Source: an uncultured Pirellulaceae bacterium (GTDB lineage: Bacteria; Planctomycetota; Planctomycetia; Pirellulales; Pirellulaceae). From it: a DNA stretch of 64,000 nucleotides. The notes under the pieces are model-generated. The model ran no database searches and had not been told where the DNA came from. It saw only the letters and a program-made list of their open reading frames with translations. This document shows positions 11,101 to 19,330 of the stretch, piece after piece. The first letter of the stretch is position 1; each line of letters begins with the position of its first letter. The translations under genes and the position numbers were made by a program. The DNA lies in assembly GCA_938036435.1 (NCBI GenBank), contig CALHPU010000049.1, positions 15,434 through 79,433 on the forward strand, read 5' to 3'.

Positions 11101-11315
11101 TTTCGCCGTCTCAAAGCAGAATGCCGCTCCGTCAGCCAATTGGCGACGGCAACCGTGGTCAAACATCCAGCTGGGAAACAAGAGTCGTGCAAGCCAGCTA
11201 CCTCCAGCCCGACTCTCATCAACTGTTTTCGAATCGTTCAGACGGAACTAGCTCAGGCTATAGTGAAAGGACTAGCCGCGGCAGGAACAGCGGACGGCCG
11301 TCCACTGGGCGCTGA
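8157..11315 (+). CDS. TolC-family outer membrane efflux protein with long low-complexity N- and C-terminal extensions
   Basis: OEP signatures WSLDDAINAAL, VSDAYWEI, HSRPEV, NELLPRLNF, FELPIQNR and FELNRATG. N-terminal hydrophobic segment. Gln/Ser/Pro-rich flanks. Confidence 0.85.
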   Translation: MNRSGSNSFGYPHAITVIAFAVLWFLTQSGGSTPQQAPLYQRTSPWHGYHTTAVPAQWASQAPQRDPNYPYSPNPSLTWPQGGLVRQHGSATAADPVRQQEHDLEMKKNRDRVILAAAQLAIGGFAGGQVSSGGTDLKLEEIFPSENLPMIHDEFPTTQGKQHTLPEPHRVPSKLSSPSQENRTTTPREMEAYSNTDLPNEKTSRELKEFEFPLLEQTEADAGNSTDIWTKDDGEDWGTLDALPLPEVAGQQSLETFLMNVTSLPLTTASTTLNWSLDDAINAALLYSFRIAELRITTVENYQDIGIQFGRFDTTSFFQQTFRDSSTPVGNNFEVDGNAQRIKGEEFNFEYGIRQELRSGGQIELSRQFGTRDNDSGVLNPPNQASSELSLAFSKELLRGSGRSIAMNEVLIASQRAEAGKFESVAQVTELLGQVSDAYWEIVSSRARLIAAIESANQAKLIWEDLEARRNIDADPNLSEQARVSWKQQQAAADSSFADLSKSQFELVRLVNAPELLQNLERIEIIPVGIDFEAFYPPDIASRQNTAIHSRPEVSRVIEEIKEAQLQHQFSINELLPRLNFNAEMNFEGLSGNRDLAAAARNMFDANATYQLGFDFELPIQNRQARFSKRRAELTLAKLRQQWLTAVEQVKNDVLIAVQDLETNNVLIERQRSIFNSSLDRLVFLLQRRYRIPKQGAIPSLQLGQLLDVQAQLASSKADYVEALANRQRSMFELNRATGILVRPGDAGLSQPGRNKALVVFRQYIEGDHFYREHADQIAGHVDSVSKRRCSTWNKDCLGKRTDFSSAGFEYPLEEFADYLVGQCDSQACQSELPIGEMSGDVGQPVFGSQSTGWAEFYAAPVESVYRNTPNQAVQVGQLQRAQGPAYERGNGGQNLFDRQYNNAATRMPRKRMQQAQMPQRYPLQSQQHAAGMHLASSPDQKPAKSGAQSKKQPQNKVSGYPSRAVARQNMGGVTLATPSNVSPSQSRMPLRQPIGDGNRGQTSSWETRVVQASYLQPDSHQLFSNRSDGTSSGYSERTSRGRNSGRPSTGR

Positions 11316-13169
11316 ATTTCTAGCAGATGACTGCATCCGAGCGACAGCATTTGCACTGCTGCGATCAACTGAGTTTTGAACTTCTGTTAACATGCTTCCC
11401 GGTCGTGGACGCGCGAAATTTTGACTGCTGCTCGACATATTTCGCAGGCTCCTTGAACTTCGGCCCCACTGGCTTGTTTGGCTGCCAGTCGCCATGGGGC
11501 TCTGCTGGCTACTTCGTGCAACCTGCATTTGCATGCGTAAGGAAGACGGATTCGGCGTTCCTGATTGGCGACCTCCTGCCCGTTGGGCAATTGCCATCTC
11601 CTGAGCTGCTGACTGAGCGACGACCTGTTGTTGAGCCTGCGATTGTTGTGCGATAGCCTGAGCCTGTTGAGCTAGTTGTTGTTCTCCAGCTGCTAACTGT
11701 TCAATTGCCGCCTGTTGAGCCAGAGCTTGCTGCTGAAGGGCGCTTTCCCGTTGAGCAATCTCTTCCGCTTGTTGGGCAAGCTGCTGTTCGCCAGCTGCCA
11801 ACTGCTCGATCGCCGCCTGTTGAGCCAGAGCTTGCTGCTGAAGGGCGCTTTCCTGTTGAGCAATCGCTTCCGCTTGTTGGGCAAGCTGCTGTTCGCCAGC
11901 TGCTAACTGCTCGATCGCCGCCTGCTGAGCCAGAGCTGCTTGGCTTGGACCTGCTTGACCCGAAGCCGCTTGGCTTGGACCTGCTTGACCTGAAGCTACT
12001 TGGCTTGGTCCTGCTGGACCTGAAGCTACTTGCATTGGGCCTGCTTGACCCGGAGCCGCTTGGCGTGGACCTGCTTGACCTGAAGCTACTTGCATTGGTC
12101 CTGCTTGACCCGGAGCTACTTGGCTTGGTCCTGCTTGGCCCGGAGCCACTTGGCGTGGTCCTGCTTGACCCGGAGCTACTTGCATTGGTCCTGCTTGACC
12201 TGAAGCTACTTGGCGTGGACCTGCTTGACCCGGAGCTATTTGCATTGGACCTGCTTGCCCCGGAGCTACTTGCCGTGGACCTGCTTGACCCGGAGCTACT
12301 TGGATTGGACCTGCTTGCCCCGGCGCTACTTGCATTGGTCCTGCTTGACCCGGAGCTGCCTGTACACCTGCAGCAGGTTGCTGATTGGCAGCCGATGGGA
12401 GTTGTAATTCTGAAGCAACAGCATTTAAACGCTGCTGACCTCCGTCAGCGACTGCTTGCAACCTTGGGATGTCCATCGACAGCCCTTCGACCAGCGAAGG
12501 CAAGGCCTGCTGAACCTGCGCGAAAGACTCCGCCGGCAATTGCTGGCCAGCGGCAGCGGTTCCAAGCTCTTGCAGTTGCTGCATGTTGGCGCCAATCTCG
12601 GTAAGTGAACTAATCAGCACTGAATTCACTTCGTTGATTTGCCCGTACACGCCCTCAATGATCGCGCTCTCAGGGTTAGCAACAGGTGCTGATTGCGTTT
12701 GCTGCGAAGCAACGTTTTCACCCATTGGAGAAGGAGCAATCGCAGCGCTCAGTTCTTCAAACGCACTCAGACTACTGTCTCCGATCATGCCGATTTCTGT
12801 GGCTAAGCTGTTGACGAGTGCCGTGCCCTGTGCAAAGGACTGTGCTTGGGGGGATTCAGGGTTAAAGATGGCTTCGATGCCCGTTTCCTGAAGGCTTCCA
12901 AATAACTGCCCAAGGCCACTACCAACGGAAGCCGCTTCGGCCGCAGATGAATTCGCGAGAGACAGTTGCTGGTCTAAGAAAGTGGAAACCGCTGGGGAAG
13001 TAACCGGTTGCCCTTGCTGAGAAGGAATTGCTGCACCTTGTACACTTCCGGTGTCTGCTCCTTGCGCTGCTCCGCCACTGGGGTTTCCTGTATTGGGAAT
13101 TCCGGCAGAAAGCATTGTTCTATCTTCCAGAAGCTCGGCTACATTTGTCAATCGATTCTTTTTGTTCAT
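11253..13169 (-). CDS. Gln/Ala/Gly/Pro-rich repeat protein with a planctomycete LEPR-XLL-type (Planc_extracel-like) N-terminal leader; candidate secretion substrate
   Basis: N-terminus MNKKNRLTNVAELLEDRTMLSAG matches RLxxxExLE(D/P)RxLLS. Contains 14 decapeptide repeats and 35-aa helical repeats. Confidence 0.8.
   Translation of the reverse strand: MNKKNRLTNVAELLEDRTMLSAGIPNTGNPSGGAAQGADTGSVQGAAIPSQQGQPVTSPAVSTFLDQQLSLANSSAAEAASVGSGLGQLFGSLQETGIEAIFNPESPQAQSFAQGTALVNSLATEIGMIGDSSLSAFEELSAAIAPSPMGENVASQQTQSAPVANPESAIIEGVYGQINEVNSVLISSLTEIGANMQQLQELGTAAAGQQLPAESFAQVQQALPSLVEGLSMDIPRLQAVADGGQQRLNAVASELQLPSAANQQPAAGVQAAPGQAGPMQVAPGQAGPIQVAPGQAGPRQVAPGQAGPMQIAPGQAGPRQVASGQAGPMQVAPGQAGPRQVAPGQAGPSQVAPGQAGPMQVASGQAGPRQAAPGQAGPMQVASGPAGPSQVASGQAGPSQAASGQAGPSQAALAQQAAIEQLAAGEQQLAQQAEAIAQQESALQQQALAQQAAIEQLAAGEQQLAQQAEEIAQRESALQQQALAQQAAIEQLAAGEQQLAQQAQAIAQQSQAQQQVVAQSAAQEMAIAQRAGGRQSGTPNPSSLRMQMQVARSSQQSPMATGSQTSQWGRSSRSLRNMSSSSQNFARPRPGSMLTEVQNSVDRSSANAVARMQSSARNSAPSGRPSAVPAAASPFTIA
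11645..11930 (-). repeat. About 2.7 x 105-bp coding repeat encoding QQAAIEQLAAGEQQLAQQAExIAQxESALQQQALA
   Basis: Near-identical 105-bp units are visible, e.g. 11705-11810 versus 11810-11915. Confidence 0.9.
11946..12365 (-). repeat. 14 x 30-bp coding tandem repeat encoding xQ(V/A)A(P/S)GQAGP
   Basis: Exact 30-bp periodicity of TGG(A/T)CCTGCTTG(A/C)CC-containing units on the + strand. Confidence 0.95.
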
Positions 13170-13916
13170 GGAATCAGTTTAGGAGTTAAAATTCGATGTT
13201 GTTAAAATTCGTTGGTGCAACGCTCAGATTAGTCGGCAAGTGCCTGCTTTCCTAGCATTCTCTATAATTTGCGAGAAAAAAGGCCGCTGTAGGCATCCGC
13301 AGTTGGGTTTACCCCGATATTTACAATGATTCTCGTGGTCGGGCCTACAAGAAGTGGCTGCCTGTTATATTGGATATTGGCCCCACATATTGGCCCCACG
13401 CTGATCAGCGATAACAGGTATTAGCCGCTGCCGAAGCTTGGTGGAAGAATCGGCTTGCTCGCTGTTCGTGACTCTCGATTTCTGGATGGCCTTTCACTGT
13501 CAACAGGAAGGGCACTTTATTCACCGCTATTATCGGCAATACCGTTTTCAGCCAGTTTATCAACGGAACGATCGACTCCACCGGGCCGGCTCACTCTTAA
13601 AAGCAGAGCCAACTTTGCAAACTACGTCCATCAACCGCAAGTGACACCGAACAGCGGGGTTTTAGGCCATTCAATTCGCCAACGGTCGCTCGAATCGACA
13701 GCCGCTAACAATTTACGCGAAAAGAACTAACCTCATGCCCTTATTAAAAAGAGAGAAGATTGCCAGAGTCAATTGAGTGTCGCCTTCATTTTCGTCCGCT
13801 TATCAGATCGAGGCCAAAACGATAACGACTGAAATGGGCATTCAATTCTGTAAAGCCATAGCGCGACTGCGAACCTTACCGCATCTCCCCCACTCATTCT
13901 GTGAGAGGCTGGGGCA

Positions 13917-14882
13917 TCACGGATTCACGACATTGATTGGACCTCCACTGAGGTAGGCTTCCAAGTTTTCGACTGTTGTATTCATCAACCTTTCTCGTGC
14001 CTCTTTGGAGGCCCATGCAATATGCGGCGTAATGATACAGTTCTTGGCCATCAGCAACGGATTGTCCGCCGAGATCGGCTCCACCGAGGCAACATCGATC
14101 GCGGCACCAGCAACTTTTCCAGTCTCTAACGCATCCTTCAAATCTTGTTCAACGATCAATGGACCGCGTGCTGTGTTAATGATCATCACGCCGTCTTTCA
14201 TCTTGGCGATATTAGAGTTGTTGATGATGCCTTGCGTCTGGTCAGTCAGTGGACAGTGAAGACTAATAATGTCTGATTTGGTCAACACGTCTTCAAGGCT
14301 CGCATACCCACAGGTATCGCTGATCATGTCCAGATTTTGACTTCTGTTAAACGCCAACACATTCAAGCCGAACGCTTGGGCAATTTTGGCGGTGGCTTGC
14401 CCGATCCGACCGAAGCCGATGAATCCCATCGTCTTTCCCGAGAGCTCGATGAGCGGATGGTTCCAAAAGCAGAAATCTGGGCAACTTGCCCATTGTCCAT
14501 TTTTAACCGCAACGTCATGGTCGCCTACTCGGTGGCACAATTCCAAAAGTAGAGCAAGCGTGAACTGGGCAACGGCATCGGTGCCGTAAGTGGGCACGTT
14601 CGTAACCGCAATGCCTAACTCTTTCGCGCATTGAACGTCGACCACGTTGAATCCCGTTGCCAGAACGCCGACAAACTTGACGTTCGGCACAGCGCTCAAA
14701 ACCTCTCGGGGCAGGGGAGTCTTATTGGTGTAAACGATTTCCGCATCACCAATCGCCTCAACAACCGCATCTGTTGAGTGGTCAACGCGATCAAACACAC
14801 TCAAGTCACCCAGCTGCTGCAGCCCATCCCAATCCAGATCCCCTGGATTGAGCGTGTATCCGTCGAGCACAATTATTTTCAT
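13917..14882 (-). CDS. D-2-hydroxyacid dehydrogenase (glycerate dehydrogenase / hydroxypyruvate reductase type)
   Basis: MKIIVLDGYTLNPGDL, ATGFNVVD, GFGRIG, LHCPLT, INTARG and TPHIAWAS. Confidence 0.92.
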   Translation of the reverse strand: MKIIVLDGYTLNPGDLDWDGLQQLGDLSVFDRVDHSTDAVVEAIGDAEIVYTNKTPLPREVLSAVPNVKFVGVLATGFNVVDVQCAKELGIAVTNVPTYGTDAVAQFTLALLLELCHRVGDHDVAVKNGQWASCPDFCFWNHPLIELSGKTMGFIGFGRIGQATAKIAQAFGLNVLAFNRSQNLDMISDTCGYASLEDVLTKSDIISLHCPLTDQTQGIINNSNIAKMKDGVMIINTARGPLIVEQDLKDALETGKVAGAAIDVASVEPISADNPLLMAKNCIITPHIAWASKEARERLMNTTVENLEAYLSGGPINVVNP

Positions 14883-15265
14883 TTGTTCCTGCTTCTTAAT
14901 AGTCATGTTGGCGAATTGGTATCTGGGCTATTGAACATTAGCGGACGTCTCAACATCCCGATTCATGGATTGAATATGCTGAAGTTCGAAAGAATTACCT
15001 TTTTTTGCTTGAGATGAAACGGACGTCTATCAAAGTCCACCACCGATTTGGAAATCCCCTTAAATCTTTCAACGCAACTTACTTTTCAGATCGCAATGTA
15101 AACAAACAAGGTTATTTCGTGATATCGCTTGTAATCCCGACGTCAATCAATCATCCTTAAAAAGATCACCGGGCTCTAATCGACGAAGCCTTGCATTTTT
15201 CAGTCAGATGTGAGCGCGAAAAAATTTTGTTTCTAACATTACTTTTCTTTGACGGAGTTACCATC

Positions 15266-15910
15266 ATGATTTTTATATTGCGTACTAGCCTCTACTTTGT
15301 TGCGCTCACGGCAATTATTCTTCTGCCCAATTTATTGCACGGCCAACAAGTCACCTATACGATCACGGGCTTCAGCGGACTGAATGTTGCGCTTGACAAC
15401 ACTCCCTCAACTGATCCGCTCTCTGCCGGACAAGCTCCTGAGGTTTTAAACGGGGAGAGTTACGTGGCCGAGTTTCTGGTTGACTTATCAGTAGGTGACA
15501 GCGACCCAGACCCAACGATGGGGCTGTTCACAGATGCTATCTTGTTCAGTTCAATCGAGTTCTCTGGCGGCTACGTCTCCGCGACTGACTTTACCGGAGG
15601 TGACGTGAGAGTCAACGTGGACTCTGGCGGTGGAAATATTTTCATCGATCAAGATAGCGCGATCGGCCCCCATAGTTTTTTGATATTCGACGTAGGCAAC
15701 CCGTTTGCATTGGACACATTGCCCACTGATCTCGGATCCTTAGTCGTTGGAAACCCACAAGTAACGTTTACATTCAACGAGCCTACAGGTCAGTTACAAT
15801 CACTTTCCACTGGTGACCTAGTTGGATTCCCAGCAGCCGTTCCAGAACCTTCAACCGCTTGCTTGCTTGGATTCGGCGTTTTAGCGTGTGCTCTCCGCCG
15901 ACGCAAATAG
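15266..15910 (+). CDS. Secreted PEP-CTERM protein
   Basis: Signal peptide. C-terminal VPEPSTACLLGFGVLACALRRRK (VPEP + TM + basic tail). GGAG upstream of the ATG at 15266. Confidence 0.9.
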   Translation: MIFILRTSLYFVALTAIILLPNLLHGQQVTYTITGFSGLNVALDNTPSTDPLSAGQAPEVLNGESYVAEFLVDLSVGDSDPDPTMGLFTDAILFSSIEFSGGYVSATDFTGGDVRVNVDSGGGNIFIDQDSAIGPHSFLIFDVGNPFALDTLPTDLGSLVVGNPQVTFTFNEPTGQLQSLSTGDLVGFPAAVPEPSTACLLGFGVLACALRRRK

Positions 15911-16000
15911 GCGCAGAAGAAGCAGACGAGCAATTGGCCGCTGCGGAGCCCGTTGAAGTTTGCGAATTAAAAAACGATCCCTCTTAAAACGATTCCTCTT

Positions 16001-16034
16001 GGTAGAGAAACAAAACTTGTTTCTCTACCTTTTT
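16001..16034 (+). terminator. Rho-independent terminator
   Basis: GGTAGAGAAACAA-AAC-TTGTTTCTCTACC followed by TTTTT. Confidence 0.85.
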
Positions 16035-16530
16035 GTTTTGCTGGGCACCATCGCCGTGAGCAAACCACGCCGAGCTGCATCGGCGGGCATAGTAGCTGGG
16101 CAGTCAGATCTGATCTTGCCCTAAGTGCAGCGCGTTGCACGGCAACGCTTTCGTCCTAAGCGAGATGCCGCAAACGACCGTCCCTGCATCAAGTTCGCCC
16201 CCGTTCAAACGAATCACCGGTTGTTCGTTTCGCATGCATTTCCCTTTATCCAAAACTTGAAACGCTAATTCGTTATGGCGGCGTCCAAGTTGCGTTGAGC
16301 AACACCTACACCCGAACCAATAGGAGATCCGTCAAGCGATTAAGCCAGTTCAACTTGCCTCCAATCTTTCACGAAAAATTTCCGTGAGCAGAGTTTTTTT
16401 GAAAAAACAGAATGCAAACTTTTGAGTCATTCGTTTGCGTTAACCATTGCAGCGGAGCACGGTCGAAGGTTTAATTCGGATATCTTTTTCAGATTTCTTG
16501 TTACCAATCTTTTTCTATGGAGACGACGCC

Positions 16531-17277
16531 ATGAAACTCTTTTCGCGTACACTTTTTTGCTTTGCCGTCCTTACAGCATCAGTTCTTCCAACCGATTTGT
16601 TGTACGGACAAGTCACTTACACGATCACCGGATTCGTAGATTTCGAGTTCGCTGGTGCTGCACCGGAGGTATCAATCGGGGAAGGTTATATTGCCGAGTT
16701 TGAGGTCGACCTATCGGTGCCCGACAGCGACCCAGACGACCCTAATCGTGGCGTATACCCCAACGCAATCCTGTCCAGTTCAATTGTGTTCTCAGGAGGA
16801 TACACTTCTCAGATTGATTTTGCTGGTGGTGAAATCACTATCATTCAGGATTTAGCCGGTGGCGGTGTTTTTCTTGATGCTCCGGGGGAGTTAGGGATCA
16901 TTCTAGTTGCAGACGTCGGAGATCCTTTCGATTCCGATGCCTTGCTTAGTGATCTCGGAGGTGAATTCCTTGGAGATCCGCAAGGAGACCCATTGTCACT
17001 GTTTTCACTTTCAGAACCCAGTGGCAACATCTTCTCAGGCTCTACTGCCCCAGAACTGGGCTTTGGTCCGATACTTTTAAGCGTGACGGCAACAAGCTCC
17101 AATCCGGTACTGATGGGCGATATAAACTTAGACGGAGCAGTCACCTTCGATGATATTCCTCCATTCATCACGACTTTGGCTACCGGAAGCTATCAGGAGG
17201 AAGCCGATTTCGATCAAAACGCAAGCATCGACTTCAATGACATTCCTCCTTTTGTTGAAGCACTCACCTCACAGTAA
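16531..17277 (+). CDS. Secreted paralogue of the PEP-CTERM protein, ending in a dockerin type I-like (double EF-hand) domain
   Basis: Shares GQ(Q)VTYTITGF, APEV..GE.Y.AEF.VDLSV.DSDP and SSI.FSGGY with 15266..15910. C-terminus GDINLDGAVTFDDIPPF...ADFDQNASIDFNDIPPF. Confidence 0.85.
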   Translation: MKLFSRTLFCFAVLTASVLPTDLLYGQVTYTITGFVDFEFAGAAPEVSIGEGYIAEFEVDLSVPDSDPDDPNRGVYPNAILSSSIVFSGGYTSQIDFAGGEITIIQDLAGGGVFLDAPGELGIILVADVGDPFDSDALLSDLGGEFLGDPQGDPLSLFSLSEPSGNIFSGSTAPELGFGPILLSVTATSSNPVLMGDINLDGAVTFDDIPPFITTLATGSYQEEADFDQNASIDFNDIPPFVEALTSQ

Positions 17278-17438
17278 TGACGGTCGTAGAATTAGCATTT
17301 TGACCAGTCAAGCATGAGAGGTCGAAGACTTGCCTATTAAGTTACGGCGGATCTCCTCCGTCGTTGTAGATAAAAAGCGAAGTGACAAGTGGTTGTTTCG
17401 ACCACTTTGAAATTAGCAAAACCAAAAAGCACCATTCT

Positions 17439-17472
17439 AGGTAGAGAAGCAAAACTTGTTTCTCTACCTTTT
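17439..17472 (+). terminator. Rho-independent terminator, near-identical to the one at 16001
   Basis: AGGTAGAGAAGCAA-AAC-TTGTTTCTCTACCT followed by T-rich sequence. Confidence 0.8.
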
Positions 17473-17488
17473 ATATTTTGGCCAGCGG

Positions 17489-18604
17489 CTACTTCCCTAC
17501 AGCCGACTTTAGCAGGCCTCGAAAATCATCGCTAATCTCGAAACTGCCATTTGGCTGGTTGAGCTCCATCAGTACAGCCATCCGTTGGAGTTGATTCCGT
17601 TGATCGATCACGTCCGGGTCCTTCATGATTAAGCCTCCGGTCAACTTGCCGCCAAAGTTGCCCAAATACAAGCCGGCCAAGTGCGTCGGCTGAGGCTTCA
17701 AACCAAAATGCTTCGTCGCCATTTCCAACAGCCGAGTGGAATCGCCTACCCAGCCACGAAACGTTATGCGTTGCAAGCGATGGTTCTTGTCGAAGTAATA
17801 AGTTTGCGAGCCATGCAGATCCCACGAATTAGTTCCCGTCACCATTGCCGTACGCATCCCATGCAGACCTGCATCGGCGGGCACCGTTGAGATTCGATCG
17901 AAGCGCTGTTTGACCCACGACTCGTTGACATCGAAACGAAAGACCTCACGGAAGTCGTTCACCGGCACAAATGACATCGGCGGAGCGGTCAAATCGGGTC
18001 CGGCTGCTGTGCCTCTGTAAACAGTTGTTTCGGCCTTACCAAAATCCGGAGTCAATCCCGAAATGTCAGGAGTACCGGAGAATGCAACCTGTGGTCCCGA
18101 AGCAGTTGCTCCCAACGGAACAGCGCTGGCAACAGGAACCGTCACAGGACCGTCGGCGATCCCCCAAGCTTCGGCGGCAGTGATTGAACTTTGGCTGGGC
18201 ACTGCCACTGCGGCAACCGGCGCAACGCTTCGCGATCCCGAACTCGCAGGGGTCTGCAACGCCGGTAGCTTGAACGGCTTCGCAACTTTTGCCGACCGAG
18301 CAGCGACCTGCTGCACCGGCGATACGATAGAAGCGGGAGCCGGATTCTTCGGTGGCGATGCATGAAAGATCGATTGAGGCTGCACGGTCCCGCCGTAGAT
18401 CTCTGACCGCGCTGACGGCCCCGAGGTCACCTGATGACTCGAAAGTCCAACATGCCCCCCGATCTGTTGATGCGATGATGGCGAAATTCCGTTCCACGAA
18501 GATTGACCGCTGGGCAACTGCGGTGCGGAGGTGCTTTTCTGGTAGATCAGCGGGATCGCAATCAAGCTGGCGATGATCGCTGGGAACAAGATCGATTTCA
18601 ACAT
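17489..18604 (-). CDS. Membrane-anchored hypothetical protein with a conserved-looking C-terminal domain (possibly planctomycete DUF6690-like)
   Basis: N-terminal TM, P/S/A-rich linker, then a globular domain (EVFRFDV...MVTGTNSWDLHGSQTYYF). Confidence 0.65.
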   Translation of the reverse strand: MLKSILFPAIIASLIAIPLIYQKSTSAPQLPSGQSSWNGISPSSHQQIGGHVGLSSHQVTSGPSARSEIYGGTVQPQSIFHASPPKNPAPASIVSPVQQVAARSAKVAKPFKLPALQTPASSGSRSVAPVAAVAVPSQSSITAAEAWGIADGPVTVPVASAVPLGATASGPQVAFSGTPDISGLTPDFGKAETTVYRGTAAGPDLTAPPMSFVPVNDFREVFRFDVNESWVKQRFDRISTVPADAGLHGMRTAMVTGTNSWDLHGSQTYYFDKNHRLQRITFRGWVGDSTRLLEMATKHFGLKPQPTHLAGLYLGNFGGKLTGGLIMKDPDVIDQRNQLQRMAVLMELNQPNGSFEISDDFRGLLKSAVGK

Positions 18605-18788
18605 GGCGGAGCTCAGATTAAGTTCGACTGCGAGGCGGGGAACTCTTGGATGAGATCAACCAATGCGCTGGCAACGCGCGTTGCTGCACGGTGATCTTTC
18701 TCCCCTTGCCCTAAAATCGACTTGAGCCCAGAAAAAACTGATCAATAACGACTGCCATCGCCCGACCCGAGCCAGCCACGATATCCGA

Positions 18789-19202
18789 CTATTCGGAAAA
18801 ATTCTCTTTTACCCAATCAAAATCGACGCCCAGCAAAGCCGCCACATAAACGTCCGGATCATCATAGTCCTTCCGTTTGACATCACAGAAGTAGCCAAGT
18901 TCCTCGATCCGCGTTTCGGCCCTTTCGGTCGGCAGCTTTCGCCGAACTTGTTTTAAAAACGTGACGAAATCTTCGGTCTTGAGCGCTTCTTCAAAATTCG
19001 CGTAACGTTTGAGCATATGGCCGCGATTGTTTTGCAGGACCAGCTGGCGACAAAATGATGCGATCTCATTCATCTGCATCATGGATGCACAGACGCCTGC
19101 CATCACCAACGCTCGGTCACGGTCCTGCATCATCAGACGCGACTTGAAGGCTTGAGCCAGTTTTGCGAATATTACCAATTCACGTGATGGGTCGATAAAC
19201 AT
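18789..19202 (-). CDS. Hypothetical protein
   Basis: 137-aa ORF with ATG start and protein-like composition, filling an intergenic gap. Confidence 0.65.
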   Translation of the reverse strand: MFIDPSRELVIFAKLAQAFKSRLMMQDRDRALVMAGVCASMMQMNEIASFCRQLVLQNNRGHMLKRYANFEEALKTEDFVTFLKQVRRKLPTERAETRIEELGYFCDVKRKDYDDPDVYVAALLGVDFDWVKENFSE

Positions 19203-19330
19203 GAACAGCGGCCGATTTCATCGTGACAAAAGTTTCAAACTACCAGTGCTTCAATGATACACACTTAATGACCTGCGAGAACAGGAAACCGTAATTTGTC
19301 CAATGGTATTGCCCTGCAAACACGTTTACG

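Noticed and set aside
11946-12365. Regularly spaced repeats resembling a CRISPR array
   Set aside because: Contiguous 30-bp in-frame coding units with no unique spacers and no cas genes.
11705-12604. 299-aa Leu-rich ORF on the + strand
   Set aside because: Antisense shadow of the repeat protein. The open frame is a by-product of the 30-bp and 105-bp repeats.
13367-13399. ATATTGGCCCCAC duplication
   Set aside because: A short local duplication with no evidence of function.
14907-15265. Possible riboswitch upstream of the PEP-CTERM gene
   Set aside because: No c-di-GMP or other aptamer consensus could be matched by eye.
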